DNA from: Acidaminococcales bacterium
GTDB taxonomy: Bacteria; Bacillota; Negativicutes; Acidaminococcales; JAISLQ01
Assembly (NCBI GenBank): GCA_031551525.1
Contig: JAVBNN010000023.1
Coordinates: 46,442-110,441 of the forward strand
Direction: 5' to 3'
Length of the DNA stretch: 64,000 bases
Below the pieces are notes generated by a model. It was not told where the DNA came from and ran no database searches. It saw only the letters and a list, made by a program, of their open reading frames with translations. Position numbers and translations under genes: made by a program. Below, piece after piece: positions 36,516 to 44,350 of this stretch. Each line of letters starts with the position of its first letter. Position 1 is the first letter of the stretch.

Positions 36516-38275
36516 CCTCCCAGGTTAGGCATACCCAACCACTCCTGCACCGCCGGGTTCGGCGACTGCGCCGCCTCGCTCAAATTCTTGGCCGCCTGGG
36601 TCGCCTGATTGATCGCCGGGGCCGCCTGCATCACCATTTCTGCCTCTTTCTCCTGCTGCGCCGCTTCCGCCTTGGCTTGAGCCATCTGCTGTACTTCCTC
36701 GTCACTGCGCCGGATAGTCGCCGGTGCGCCCAGCATCTCCATATAGCGATTGACCGTCTCGGTCGGATTTATCTTATCGATAGCCTCCGGCCAGAGTTGG
36801 ACTAACTGCCCGACGAAAGCCACCGACTGCTCGATGGCAGTAAGCCCCGACATCTTTTGCGCCATAGCGAGCGGTGAAATATATTCTATCTTTATCTCCC
36901 GCCCGTCCACATCCATCTCCTCCGGCCAGGGCGGGAACACCCCCGCACGGTCGAGTATGCCGTACACCCGCTCGATCAAAGGCGATAAAAACTCAAACTG
37001 CAAACGCTCAGTCACCGGCCCCAGCTGCTGGAGTTTCTCCTGCGTCCGCTCCATAACCTCGCGCGCCGTCATCTGCCCGTTCTGGATACTATCGAGCATC
37101 AAAAAGAGATCCGCCGAATACGCCCTTTTGATAGCGTTCTCCAACCGCTCGATCTTGCCGACCAAGTGATCGAGATGCACGTTCACCTGAAAAAGCGGTG
37201 TTACCGGATGGGACAGATCATCCACCACCGTCGCGCTGCCCGGTATCAGATTTATCCCTTTCATCGCGGTCGCCGCCGTCGACTGCATGGGCGGCTTGAC
37301 TGCTAGCTCCACCGCCGTACCGTAATCCGCCTCCATACGCTGGAGCATTTTGGCGTCACCCTCGGCAAACCAGCCCGGCCCCTTCGCGTAAGGCTCAAGA
37401 CCCGCCACCATATAGCGCGCCACCGGCACCGGCCACTCGTAGAAACCGCCGACGTGCAGCCATTCCTCCCCGCTGCCGCCCTCCAGCCAATAAAGCGACC
37501 TATACGCCAGGTATTCCCGGCCCAGCTTCTCACCGTCCGCCGCATCGTTCGGCTCTACCAGCCAGCACACCTTAAACTTGGCGCTGTACTTGTTGTTGCC
37601 CGTTAAGACCTCGCGCACCCGCTGCGGCAAGTTTTCCTCACCGAACTGCTCTTTTAACTGCGCCGCCGTCAGCTCATAGCGCCGGGCAAAAGTATTCACC
37701 ACACCACCCGCGCCAACATCGAGCGCATAGCTGCCGATCGGGAAAGGCATAAAAAACACACCCGTTTCAGGGTGCGGGAAGATCGCCAACGGACATTGCC
37801 CAAAAGGCAACTCGGTATAAACGCTGTGAACGGAATTATAAAAATTGCTCTTGGCTAAAACCCCTAAAAGTATCTCCTGCCGTGCGTCCATGATGGCCGC
37901 CGCCTGCGTATCGTCCGCCAGAGCCTTGTCGGCAAAGGTAAACTTGAACCATTGGCGGCTGGGCGGAGTCAGTCCGCTCATCACCCCGCCGGCAAATACC
38001 TGGCAAGCCTCCCAGGCGATACCGTTATTTACCGACAAATCTTTCCGGCGCGCCGGGTTAGAGCTGTCCGCCGTATCATCAAAATGTCCGAGAAACGGCA
38101 GCTGGTAGTCCCTTATAGCTTTCCAGCGTATCTCATAGTCCCGCCGCTTATCTAAAAGTTGACGAAACCGCGCCGCCACCCTCGCCCGGTCGGGAGCTTT
38201 GCCCTTGCCCTCCGAGGCCGGAGCCACTGCTCGAATAGTAGGCTGCCTCGCCCTTGCCAAAACCGTCTCACTCAT
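36512..38275 (-). CDS. Portal (head-to-tail connector) protein, podovirus type
   Basis: 587 aa directly after the terminase genes. N-terminal block YEIRWKAIRDYQLPFLGHFDD...GIAWEACQVFAGGVMSGLTPPSRQWFKF is typical of T7-like connectors. Confidence 0.85.
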   Translation of the reverse strand: MSETVLARARQPTIRAVAPASEGKGKAPDRARVAARFRQLLDKRRDYEIRWKAIRDYQLPFLGHFDDTADSSNPARRKDLSVNNGIAWEACQVFAGGVMSGLTPPSRQWFKFTFADKALADDTQAAAIMDARQEILLGVLAKSNFYNSVHSVYTELPFGQCPLAIFPHPETGVFFMPFPIGSYALDVGAGGVVNTFARRYELTAAQLKEQFGEENLPQRVREVLTGNNKYSAKFKVCWLVEPNDAADGEKLGREYLAYRSLYWLEGGSGEEWLHVGGFYEWPVPVARYMVAGLEPYAKGPGWFAEGDAKMLQRMEADYGTAVELAVKPPMQSTAATAMKGINLIPGSATVVDDLSHPVTPLFQVNVHLDHLVGKIERLENAIKRAYSADLFLMLDSIQNGQMTAREVMERTQEKLQQLGPVTERLQFEFLSPLIERVYGILDRAGVFPPWPEEMDVDGREIKIEYISPLAMAQKMSGLTAIEQSVAFVGQLVQLWPEAIDKINPTETVNRYMEMLGAPATIRRSDEEVQQMAQAKAEAAQQEKEAEMVMQAAPAINQATQAAKNLSEAAQSPNPAVQEWLGMPNLGG

Positions 38276-38286
38276 GTCGCACCCCT

Positions 38287-38502
38287 TTATCCTAAAGTCT
38301 TTCTCAAGCCGCTCGAAGCCTGTTCCACCGCGCCCAATATGGTGCGGTCAGTGGCGGCCTGCGTCGAAGAAAAGCCTTTCTTTCGCCGCTGCTTGGCTGT
38401 CACATCCGCCTCCGCGTTGCCCGCACCCACATCGGACGACACCGGAGTTGGCGCTGCTGCCGGAGTTGGCGCCGCCGCCGGAGTCTTTGTTTTCATGCAC
38501 AT
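38287..38502 (-). CDS. 71-aa hypothetical protein with PAAAPT duplication
   Basis: Between TerL and portal. Contains an 18-nt tandem duplication (38442-38477) encoding PAAAPTPAAAPT. Confidence 0.45.
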   Translation of the reverse strand: MCMKTKTPAAAPTPAAAPTPVSSDVGAGNAEADVTAKQRRKKGFSSTQAATDRTILGAVEQASSGLRKTLG

Positions 38503-38514
38503 AGTTCATTCCTC

Positions 38515-39960
38515 CTATCCATACGGATCATATTTGGTATTACACATCGGCACAGAGCCGTTATATAAGCTATCCCGCTTCATCACCGGCGCGGCAAAGG
38601 TCAGGGCTAGCGCATCCGCCCGGTTAGGCGACGGCAGTCCGCGTTTCTTCATATCATCTTTACTCTCCAGTTGTAACTTGCCGCGAGAATTAATAAAAGC
38701 CTCTGGCCCGATAAGATCATCCATCAAGACCTGGTCGGCGTCTATCATACCGCCATTCACCAGCCAGTCTTTCATCTCGCCCCACATCTCAACGCGCTTA
38801 TTAAGATACTGGTCTTTGTTTGGCTTCCCGGCAAAATCCACCAGCCGCCAATGCCGCCCCAACTGCAGACCGAAAGAATAAATACCCGTACCGAACCCCT
38901 TGTCAAGATTAACCGCGTCCGCCTTGTAAGTATCTTCAAAATATGCTATCAGCCCGGCCATGCGCCCGTCGTCGTCGTTCTTCTCATACTTGGCCAGCAT
39001 CTTAGAGTAAAGCCCCTGCCTGAGATAAATAACAAACTCATCCGAGCCGGTCCAGGCCGGATCAACGCCAATAATAACCGGCGCAAAAGAAAACTGCTCT
39101 TTGCGTAAATGCACCTTGGTGGCCGCGTCTACAATATCCATACCGATAAACTGTGCGTCGCCAGCTGACGGGAACACACCGCGCACACGGACTTTGACAA
39201 AGTCGCTATCTTCGCCATAGTCCGCCACCCACTCATCGATCTGTTTCTTGTTGGTCATGCGGGCTTTGCGGCTATCTATCTGCTTACAGTCCCAGCGGTG
39301 GCGGAATTTGTGGAAGCAATCAAAAAAGCGTCCAGTATTCCTTGTCGGATTACCAAACGCGCACCAGATTATTTCCGTATCGCTGTCCGTCAGAGCTCCT
39401 TCAGTAACTTCCCAAATAGTGTTCGGGATGGCTGACGCTTCGTCGAACACCACCAGGATACGCTTGTTTTTGTTATGCAGCCCCGCAAACGCTTCTGAAT
39501 TACGCTCACTCCACGGCACCATATCTATACGCCACGTTCGCATGTGGTCTTTGTCTGCACTGAACAGCGCCGTGGCAGTGAGCACAAAGAGAGAATTACC
39601 GATAAACAAGTGGAACCACTTGGACAATTCCGCCCACGTCTTGGTACGCAGCTGCGTATCCGTGTTGGCTGTAACGACGCCCTTAGTATCTTCATGCGTC
39701 GCCATAGACCAAAGGATGATCCAGGACACCAGAGCAGACTTGCCGATGCCGTGACCGGACGCGACCGCTATCTGCAAGGCTGTTTCAACACTTAATCCAT
39801 CGCGGATAGCGCACAGTATACCTTTTTGCCAGTCGTCCGGGCCGTCGTAGTCTTTCAAGTCGCCCTCGCCCCACGGGAAGGCGTAATACACAAAGGACAA
39901 CGGGTCGCGGCTAAAGCCGGCCAGGTCATTGACAAGCTCGACCATTTCACTTTGCTGCAT
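38515..39960 (-). CDS. Terminase large subunit
   Basis: 481 aa. Walker A-like VASGHGIGKSALVSW, Walker B LVVFDEAS, C-terminal nuclease region. Overlaps the TerS gene. Confidence 0.9.
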   Translation of the reverse strand: MQQSEMVELVNDLAGFSRDPLSFVYYAFPWGEGDLKDYDGPDDWQKGILCAIRDGLSVETALQIAVASGHGIGKSALVSWIILWSMATHEDTKGVVTANTDTQLRTKTWAELSKWFHLFIGNSLFVLTATALFSADKDHMRTWRIDMVPWSERNSEAFAGLHNKNKRILVVFDEASAIPNTIWEVTEGALTDSDTEIIWCAFGNPTRNTGRFFDCFHKFRHRWDCKQIDSRKARMTNKKQIDEWVADYGEDSDFVKVRVRGVFPSAGDAQFIGMDIVDAATKVHLRKEQFSFAPVIIGVDPAWTGSDEFVIYLRQGLYSKMLAKYEKNDDDGRMAGLIAYFEDTYKADAVNLDKGFGTGIYSFGLQLGRHWRLVDFAGKPNKDQYLNKRVEMWGEMKDWLVNGGMIDADQVLMDDLIGPEAFINSRGKLQLESKDDMKKRGLPSPNRADALALTFAAPVMKRDSLYNGSVPMCNTKYDPYG

Positions 39961-40435
39961 CCTGTACCCGCTTTCTGGCGGCGGCCATGGTGTTGGCTAT
40001 CTGCAATTCGCCGCTGACTTCGACTTTGTCCTTGAACATAGCCAAGTGCCTGCCTATCAGTTCAGCCGCTTTTAAAGCACCTTTGCTGTCGAATACATAT
40101 TCGCCTGTTTCCTCCATCTGCCGTGTCTCGTAGTTAAAAGCCAGCACCGGCTTTTCCGACATGCACTTTTCGTAAATATCTATCAGGCGCAGGACCACAT
40201 TGTCCGCGTCAAGACAAAGTCTTTCCGCGCGTTCCCTGATAAGTTCCTTCACACGCACGAGGATGTTAGGCTTTGCAAGGAGTTTGCTGGCTTCTGTTCT
40301 CGCTGTTTGATAGCTGACTTTAAAACCGGCGCGTAAATACGCCTGTGTGCCGTTGAAGTCATTTATATATTCCAAACAAAAAAGCTCCTCGCGGCCCGCT
40401 TTTGTAATTTTTATTGTTTCTGTTCTTTTAGCCAT
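39947..40435 (-). CDS. Terminase small subunit (Terminase_2 type)
   Basis: EELFCLEYINDFNGTQAYLRAGFKVSYQTARTEASKLLAKPNI is the characteristic TerS HTH block. Confidence 0.85.
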   Translation of the reverse strand: MAKRTETIKITKAGREELFCLEYINDFNGTQAYLRAGFKVSYQTARTEASKLLAKPNILVRVKELIRERAERLCLDADNVVLRLIDIYEKCMSEKPVLAFNYETRQMEETGEYVFDSKGALKAAELIGRHLAMFKDKVEVSGELQIANTMAAARKRVQDAAK

Positions 40436-40455
40436 TCCCACCACCCCAAATAAAA

Positions 40456-40477
40456 AACCGCCCCTTTCGGAACGGTT
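40456..40477 (-). terminator. Promoter-proximal intrinsic terminator just upstream of terS
   Basis: Minus strand reads AACCGTTCC-GAAA-GGGGCGGTT followed by TTTTTTATTT. It lies ~20 nt downstream of the TGGTATATT promoter and ~15 nt upstream of the terS start. Confidence 0.6.
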
Positions 40478-40499
40478 GTGTGTAAATCTCTACGATACC

Positions 40500-40534
40500 A
40501 ATATACCACACAAGAGTGTGCGGAAGTGTGCGGA
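40500..40534 (-). promoter_or_regulatory. Candidate late promoter: extended -10 TGGTATATT with tandem TCCGCACACT repeats in the -35 zone
   Basis: Minus strand reads TCCGCACACT TCCGCACACT cttgtg TGGTATATT. There is no -35 hexamer, so the tandem 10-mers probably form an activator site. Confidence 0.5.
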
Positions 40535-40542
40535 CTTTTTTC

Positions 40543-40571
40543 TTGACCTTTACACTATTTCGTGTTATAGT
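40543..40571 (+). promoter_or_regulatory. Sigma-A promoter with overlapping palindromic operator for the RHH-Rha operon
   Basis: TTGACC, 17-nt spacer, TATAGT, with a TG at -15/-14. The palindrome TACACTAT-N8-ATAGTGTA covers the spacer and -10. Confidence 0.7.
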
Positions 40572-40594
40572 GTAATCGTGGAGGTGATGAAACG

Positions 40595-40732
40595 ATGCCC
40601 GATAAAAATATCGGGTTCAAGGTCGATGAAGAGCTTTATAGACGCATTAAAATACACATAGCACGTAAAGGTAAAACGCTAAAAGAATATATTTTAGAGC
40701 TAATTCAAAAAGACCTTGAAAACGACAAATGA
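40595..40732 (+). CDS. Ribbon-helix-helix (Arc/CopG-like) small DNA-binding protein, copy 3
   Basis: 45 aa: MPDKNIGFKVDEELYRRIKIHIARKGKTLKEYILELIQKDLENDK. GGAGGTGA RBS. Below the ORF-track cutoff. Confidence 0.7.
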   Translation: MPDKNIGFKVDEELYRRIKIHIARKGKTLKEYILELIQKDLENDK

Positions 40733-40790
40733 GAAAGTAGCCGCCCCTCCAGCAAGAGAATAAGCGGCTACCTCACAGCACCAGCCGAGG

Positions 40791-40811
40791 CTGATAAATC
40801 TATTATATCAG
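40791..40811 (+). promoter_or_regulatory. Palindrome-flanked 15-nt motif AAATCTATTATATCA upstream of the Rha gene
   Basis: CTGATAAATCTATTATATCAG. The same 15-mer occurs at 18776-18790 (minus strand) upstream of the Bro-N gene. Confidence 0.55.
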
Positions 40812-40848
40812 CATTGGCTTGGTGTATCAACTTTAAAGGTGGTGCACT

Positions 40849-41394
40849 ATGACAAATTTATTAAAAACAAAAACTACTTTTACTTTGGACAGCCGCGAAG
40901 TTTCTAAAATGGTAGATAAAAGACATGATAATTTATTAAGAGATATCACAGGGTATAGTACAATACTAGCAAATTCTAGTGCCCTCAAAATTGAGGTGAC
41001 TGATTTTTTCCAAGACAGTGTGTATTTTGATGAACAAGGCAAACCTCGGCCTTGCTATAAAATCACTAAAAAGGGTTGTGAATTGATTGCCAATAAATTG
41101 ACTGGCAAAAAAGGAATATTGTTTACAGCCGCCTACGTCACCAAGTTTAACGAAATGGAATCTGGCAAAAATAACGTACTCCCCAGCCAGTCCGACATTG
41201 ACCGCGAGACCGAACGTCTAGTAAAAGCCGTCCGCGATCAAGCCGCGCTAATGGCAAAAGCTGCCGAAGCCTATCTTGAATACAACGATCAAAGTACAAA
41301 AAAGGCTTCGTTAAAGCTTCTAGGCTTTTTCGGTGTTGATGTCTGGGGCGCCTTTTGTAAACTTAGCAAGCACGAAGAAAACTACACGACCTAA
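40849..41394 (+). CDS. Rha family phage regulatory protein
   Basis: LDSREVSKMVDKRHDNLLRDI...CYKITKKGCELIANKLTGKKGILFTAAYVTKFNEME is the Phage_pRha signature. Confidence 0.85.
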   Translation: MTNLLKTKTTFTLDSREVSKMVDKRHDNLLRDITGYSTILANSSALKIEVTDFFQDSVYFDEQGKPRPCYKITKKGCELIANKLTGKKGILFTAAYVTKFNEMESGKNNVLPSQSDIDRETERLVKAVRDQAALMAKAAEAYLEYNDQSTKKASLKLLGFFGVDVWGAFCKLSKHEENYTT

Positions 41395-41400
41395 TAACAT

Positions 41401-41422
41401 GCCCTGCGCCCACGCGCGGGGC
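41401..41422. terminator. Bidirectional terminator between the Rha gene and the sigma-r4-like gene
   Basis: GCCCTGCGC-ccac-GCGCGGGGC followed by TTCTTTATT. Confidence 0.7.
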
Positions 41423-41426
41423 TTCT

Positions 41427-41834
41427 TTATTGGATAAGCCCCTCAAAATACAACAGCGCCCGCGAATGCAGTTCGTGTATGCGTCTATAACTGTAATGCA
41501 TTTCCAGCGCAATTTCCTCCCACTTTTTATAATTGACATACCGCAAAGTCAACAGCCGCCGGTAATCCAATACCTCCAACGCGTCAATCCGTCCGATTAT
41601 TTCCGCTTCCAGCTCCGCCAGCCTTAGCTCGTCCAGCGCCAGCCTTACCTCCAGGTCACATATCTTTGCAACAGCCGCACTCATACGATCCCCCCCGCTC
41701 TGTGCCCTTGGCTCGAAACTCAAGCGGTTGTTACAGCTGACCGCGCGTTCCCGTAACTGTGCTATCTTTTCTTTCTTGGCCCGGATAAGCCCCTGTAAAT
41801 GATAACACCGCCGCAAATACTCTTTGGCTGTCAT
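41427..41834 (-). CDS. Putative late-gene transcriptional regulator (sigma-70 region 4-like HTH; DUF1492/ArpU-RinA-like)
   Basis: C-terminus RRLLTLRYVNYKKWEEIALEMHYSYRRIHELHSRAL is a region-4 type HTH. It is the last gene of the early/middle operon before the packaging genes. Confidence 0.55.
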   Translation of the reverse strand: MTAKEYLRRCYHLQGLIRAKKEKIAQLRERAVSCNNRLSFEPRAQSGGDRMSAAVAKICDLEVRLALDELRLAELEAEIIGRIDALEVLDYRRLLTLRYVNYKKWEEIALEMHYSYRRIHELHSRALLYFEGLIQ

Positions 41835-42103
41835 TCATGCACCACCCTTGCGGCAGCTTCATCCTGCTTGGCCGGGTTAAAATTCTTTACCTCGGACAAA
41901 TACCCCGTTATCCGCCGTATCCTGATAACACTGTCGTAATGCGGGTGCAGCTCCACAAAGCCATCATCGGCCAGTTTTATATCCATAGCGACCAGTTTGC
42001 CTTTGCGGACTTTCAGCTGGTCTTCTACATATTCGGACGCCTCGGCCTCGGGCATACTGTTCGGACGAGTAACTTTTACGCCCAGGATTATACTGATTTT
42101 CAT
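41831..42103 (-). CDS. Stand-alone glycyl-radical domain protein resembling the NrdD (class III RNR) C-terminus
   Basis: 90 aa. C-terminal IRRITGYLSEVKNFNPAKQDEAAARVVHE parallels the NrdD end as I recall it (R-V/I-C/T-G-Y-L ... N-x-G/A-K-Q-E/D-E ... R-V-x-H). There is no Zn-ribbon and no catalytic barrel. Confidence 0.6.
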   Translation of the reverse strand: MKISIILGVKVTRPNSMPEAEASEYVEDQLKVRKGKLVAMDIKLADDGFVELHPHYDSVIRIRRITGYLSEVKNFNPAKQDEAAARVVHE

Positions 42104-42390
42104 TTTTCCCTCCTAAAATCCACCAAAAACGCTATATTGCAAAGCAAATGCTCGATATGCGGCAACCCGCTCTCGTCATCCACACTCCCCGGGTTTTCCA
42201 GATACGCCAGCCAGTGCCGCCAGGCTGCGTCTTTGTACCGCTGCGGATCTACCCTTCGCCAGCTGTCCGGATCGATATACTTCTTGCAGCCATATTCCCG
42301 TACAGCGGTTATTGCATGTATCGCCGAAAGCGGTACCAGCGACGGCCTCGGCTTGCCCGCGTCCTGTTTTATAGTTTGGTCAATATTCAC
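42100..42390 (-). CDS. dATP/dGTP diphosphohydrolase-like domain protein (DUF5664 family)
   Basis: DAGKPRPSLVPLSAIHAITAVREYGCKKY...WRR...YKDAAWRHWLAYL...DDESGLPHIEHLLCNIAFL matches the family signature. Confidence 0.75.
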   Translation of the reverse strand: MNIDQTIKQDAGKPRPSLVPLSAIHAITAVREYGCKKYIDPDSWRRVDPQRYKDAAWRHWLAYLENPGSVDDESGLPHIEHLLCNIAFLVDFRREK

Positions 42391-43775
42391 GCCACCACCT
42401 CCTTTTTCACGTTTTCTATTCTCGCCTTGAGACTATCGATCAAATTTGTTTGCGTCGCGTCCTTATCCGCCAAAGCGGCAATCACATCTTCATCCCGCGC
42501 GCCATCGACCGCCAGGTGATGCACTATCACCTTTTGTTGCTGGCCCTGCCGGTGCAGCCGCTTGATGGCCTGCTGGTACAATTCCAGCGACCAGTTGAGC
42601 CCAAACCAAACAACGTGATTGCCGCCGTCCTGCAAGTTAAGCCCGTAGGCACTTGACGCCGGATGCGCCAAAAGTATATCTATCTTCCTCGCGTTCCAGT
42701 CGTCCTCGTCCTGCGGCGTATCGAGGCGGCGCACCCGCAAACCCGTCTTGGCCAAAAGCGTCTCCAGCCGGTCGAGGTCATGGCGGAAGTTGTAAAACAC
42801 CATGGCCGGCTTGCCGTTTAGGCTCTCCACCAATTCCATAAAAGCCTCCAGCTTGCAGTCGTGGATAGCCGCGACGCCCCCAACGTCGTCGTACACCGCC
42901 CCATTACACAGCTGCAAAAGCTTATTGGACAAGGCGGCCGCCGTCCCAGCATTGATGGTCTTTGTGTCCACCTGTAAAAGCATATCCCGCTCCAGTCGCT
43001 TATACGCCCGGCGGGCTTTTTCATCCAACACGACCGAAATATAGTTTGGCGTGCAGTCCGGTAGTTGCAAGTAGTCCTCGGCCTTCATGCTCACACACAA
43101 GTCGGCCAGTTTGGCGTATATGGCTTCCTGCGCGTCCGACTTGGCCTCATAGCTGCAAAACTGCTGGTTGTAACCAAAGTCTTTGTTGAAATACCGCTCC
43201 CGGTAGTGGGTTATCTTCTTGCCCAGCCTCTCGCCTTCGTCCAAAAGATAGATCTGCGACCATAAGTCCATCAGGCTTTGCGGCGCCGGCGTACCGGTCA
43301 GTTCGTATATTCGCGTTATCCGCGACCGCACCAGGCAAAGCGCCTTAAACCTTTTCGCTTGGTTATTTTTAAAGCTGGACGCCTCGTCGATCACCACCGT
43401 GTCGAACGGCCAATGGTGGCCGTAATATTCGACCAGCCAAGGCACGTTCTCCCGGTTTATCACCCACACGTCGCCCGGCGAGTTAAGCGCCCGGACACGG
43501 AATTTCTGACTGCCCAGTACCGGCACAACGCGCAGAAGGGAAAGGTGATCCCACTTCTTCGCCTCTTTGGCCCAGGTGGATTCGGCGACTTTCTTCGGCG
43601 CTATGACGAGGGTTTTCGTGATGGCGAAACGGTCATATTTCAAAGTGTTTATCGCGGTCAAGGTTATAACCGTTTTGCCCTAACCCAAGCCCATATCCAG
43701 CCAAAACGCCTGCATGGGGTTATCTATCATCCGGGTTATGCAATAGTTCTGATATTGATGCGGTATGAACTTCAT
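42387..43775 (-). pseudogene. SNF2-family helicase gene with in-frame TAG (43680-43682) inside motif I
   Basis: ATG at 43775 is coupled (ATGA) to the VRR-NUC stop. Translation is MKFIPHQYQNYCITRMIDNPMQAFWLDMGLG*GKTVITLTAIN..., where the normal motif is DMGLGKT. The remaining 460 aa are intact (DEASSFKN, TGTP, helicase C). Confidence 0.8.
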
Positions 43776-44062
43776 CGTGGCATCACCTCCTCTACAATCG
43801 CCCTCGCCGCTTCCCAGCCTTTAGCCACGCGAACATCGGCGCCGAGTTTTTTCATCTGTTCGATCTGGTATTTTTGTATCCTGGCCAGCCGCCCGACATA
43901 TGTTTTCAGTTCCACATATACCGTACGGCCATCCGGCGCTATTATTATCCTGTCCGGCACACCGGGATTGCCGGGGCTGACAAATTTATAACACAGCCCG
44001 CCCCGTTCTCTTACCATTCGTACCATTCTCGCCTCAATTTGTGCTTCAGTCATTTTTCGCAC
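43772..44062 (-). CDS. VRR-NUC domain nuclease
   Basis: 96 aa. GVPDRIIIAPDGRTVYVELK is the PD-(D/E)xK core typical of VRR-NUC. Confidence 0.8.
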   Translation of the reverse strand: MRKMTEAQIEARMVRMVRERGGLCYKFVSPGNPGVPDRIIIAPDGRTVYVELKTYVGRLARIQKYQIEQMKKLGADVRVAKGWEAARAIVEEVMPR

Positions 44063-44350
44063 CTCGTGTGAACTTGTTAACTAACTTTTCGCGCACGCGT
44101 ATACAGGCGTGTACATAAGCGTGTATGGGCGTATATGCGGGTGTTTATTCTCTATATTTTCTTATTTATATTATTTATATAGAAAAGTTAGTTAACATAG
44201 TTCACATAGTATATTTCGCCTAGATTTTACGCGGCTTTTTCTGTGAACTAAGCTGTGAACTTTATGCTTTTTGTTCGTTCACAAGGTTAACAGTAGTGTG
44301 AACTAACTTTTTTGACAAAGTTAACACTTCTGCCCCTACTTGGTTCACAC
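44057..44350. promoter_or_regulatory. Putative phage origin of replication (iterons + AT-rich segment + TGTGAAC boxes)
   Basis: A 24/25-nt inverted repeat (44057-44080 and 44172-44196) encloses four GCGT[AG]TA iterons at 10-12 nt spacing (44087-44125) and an AT-rich stretch (44138-44171). Seven TGTGAAC/GTTCACA boxes fall between 44057 and 44339. Confidence 0.6.

Noticed and set aside
43680-43682. Genome-wide TAG reassignment as the explanation for the in-frame amber codon
   Set aside because: Several well-supported genes in the same prophage end in TAG at the expected length (for example RHH1 at 18852-18854, Abi_2 at 55985-55987 and int at 60048-60050). A local lesion or local read-through is more likely.
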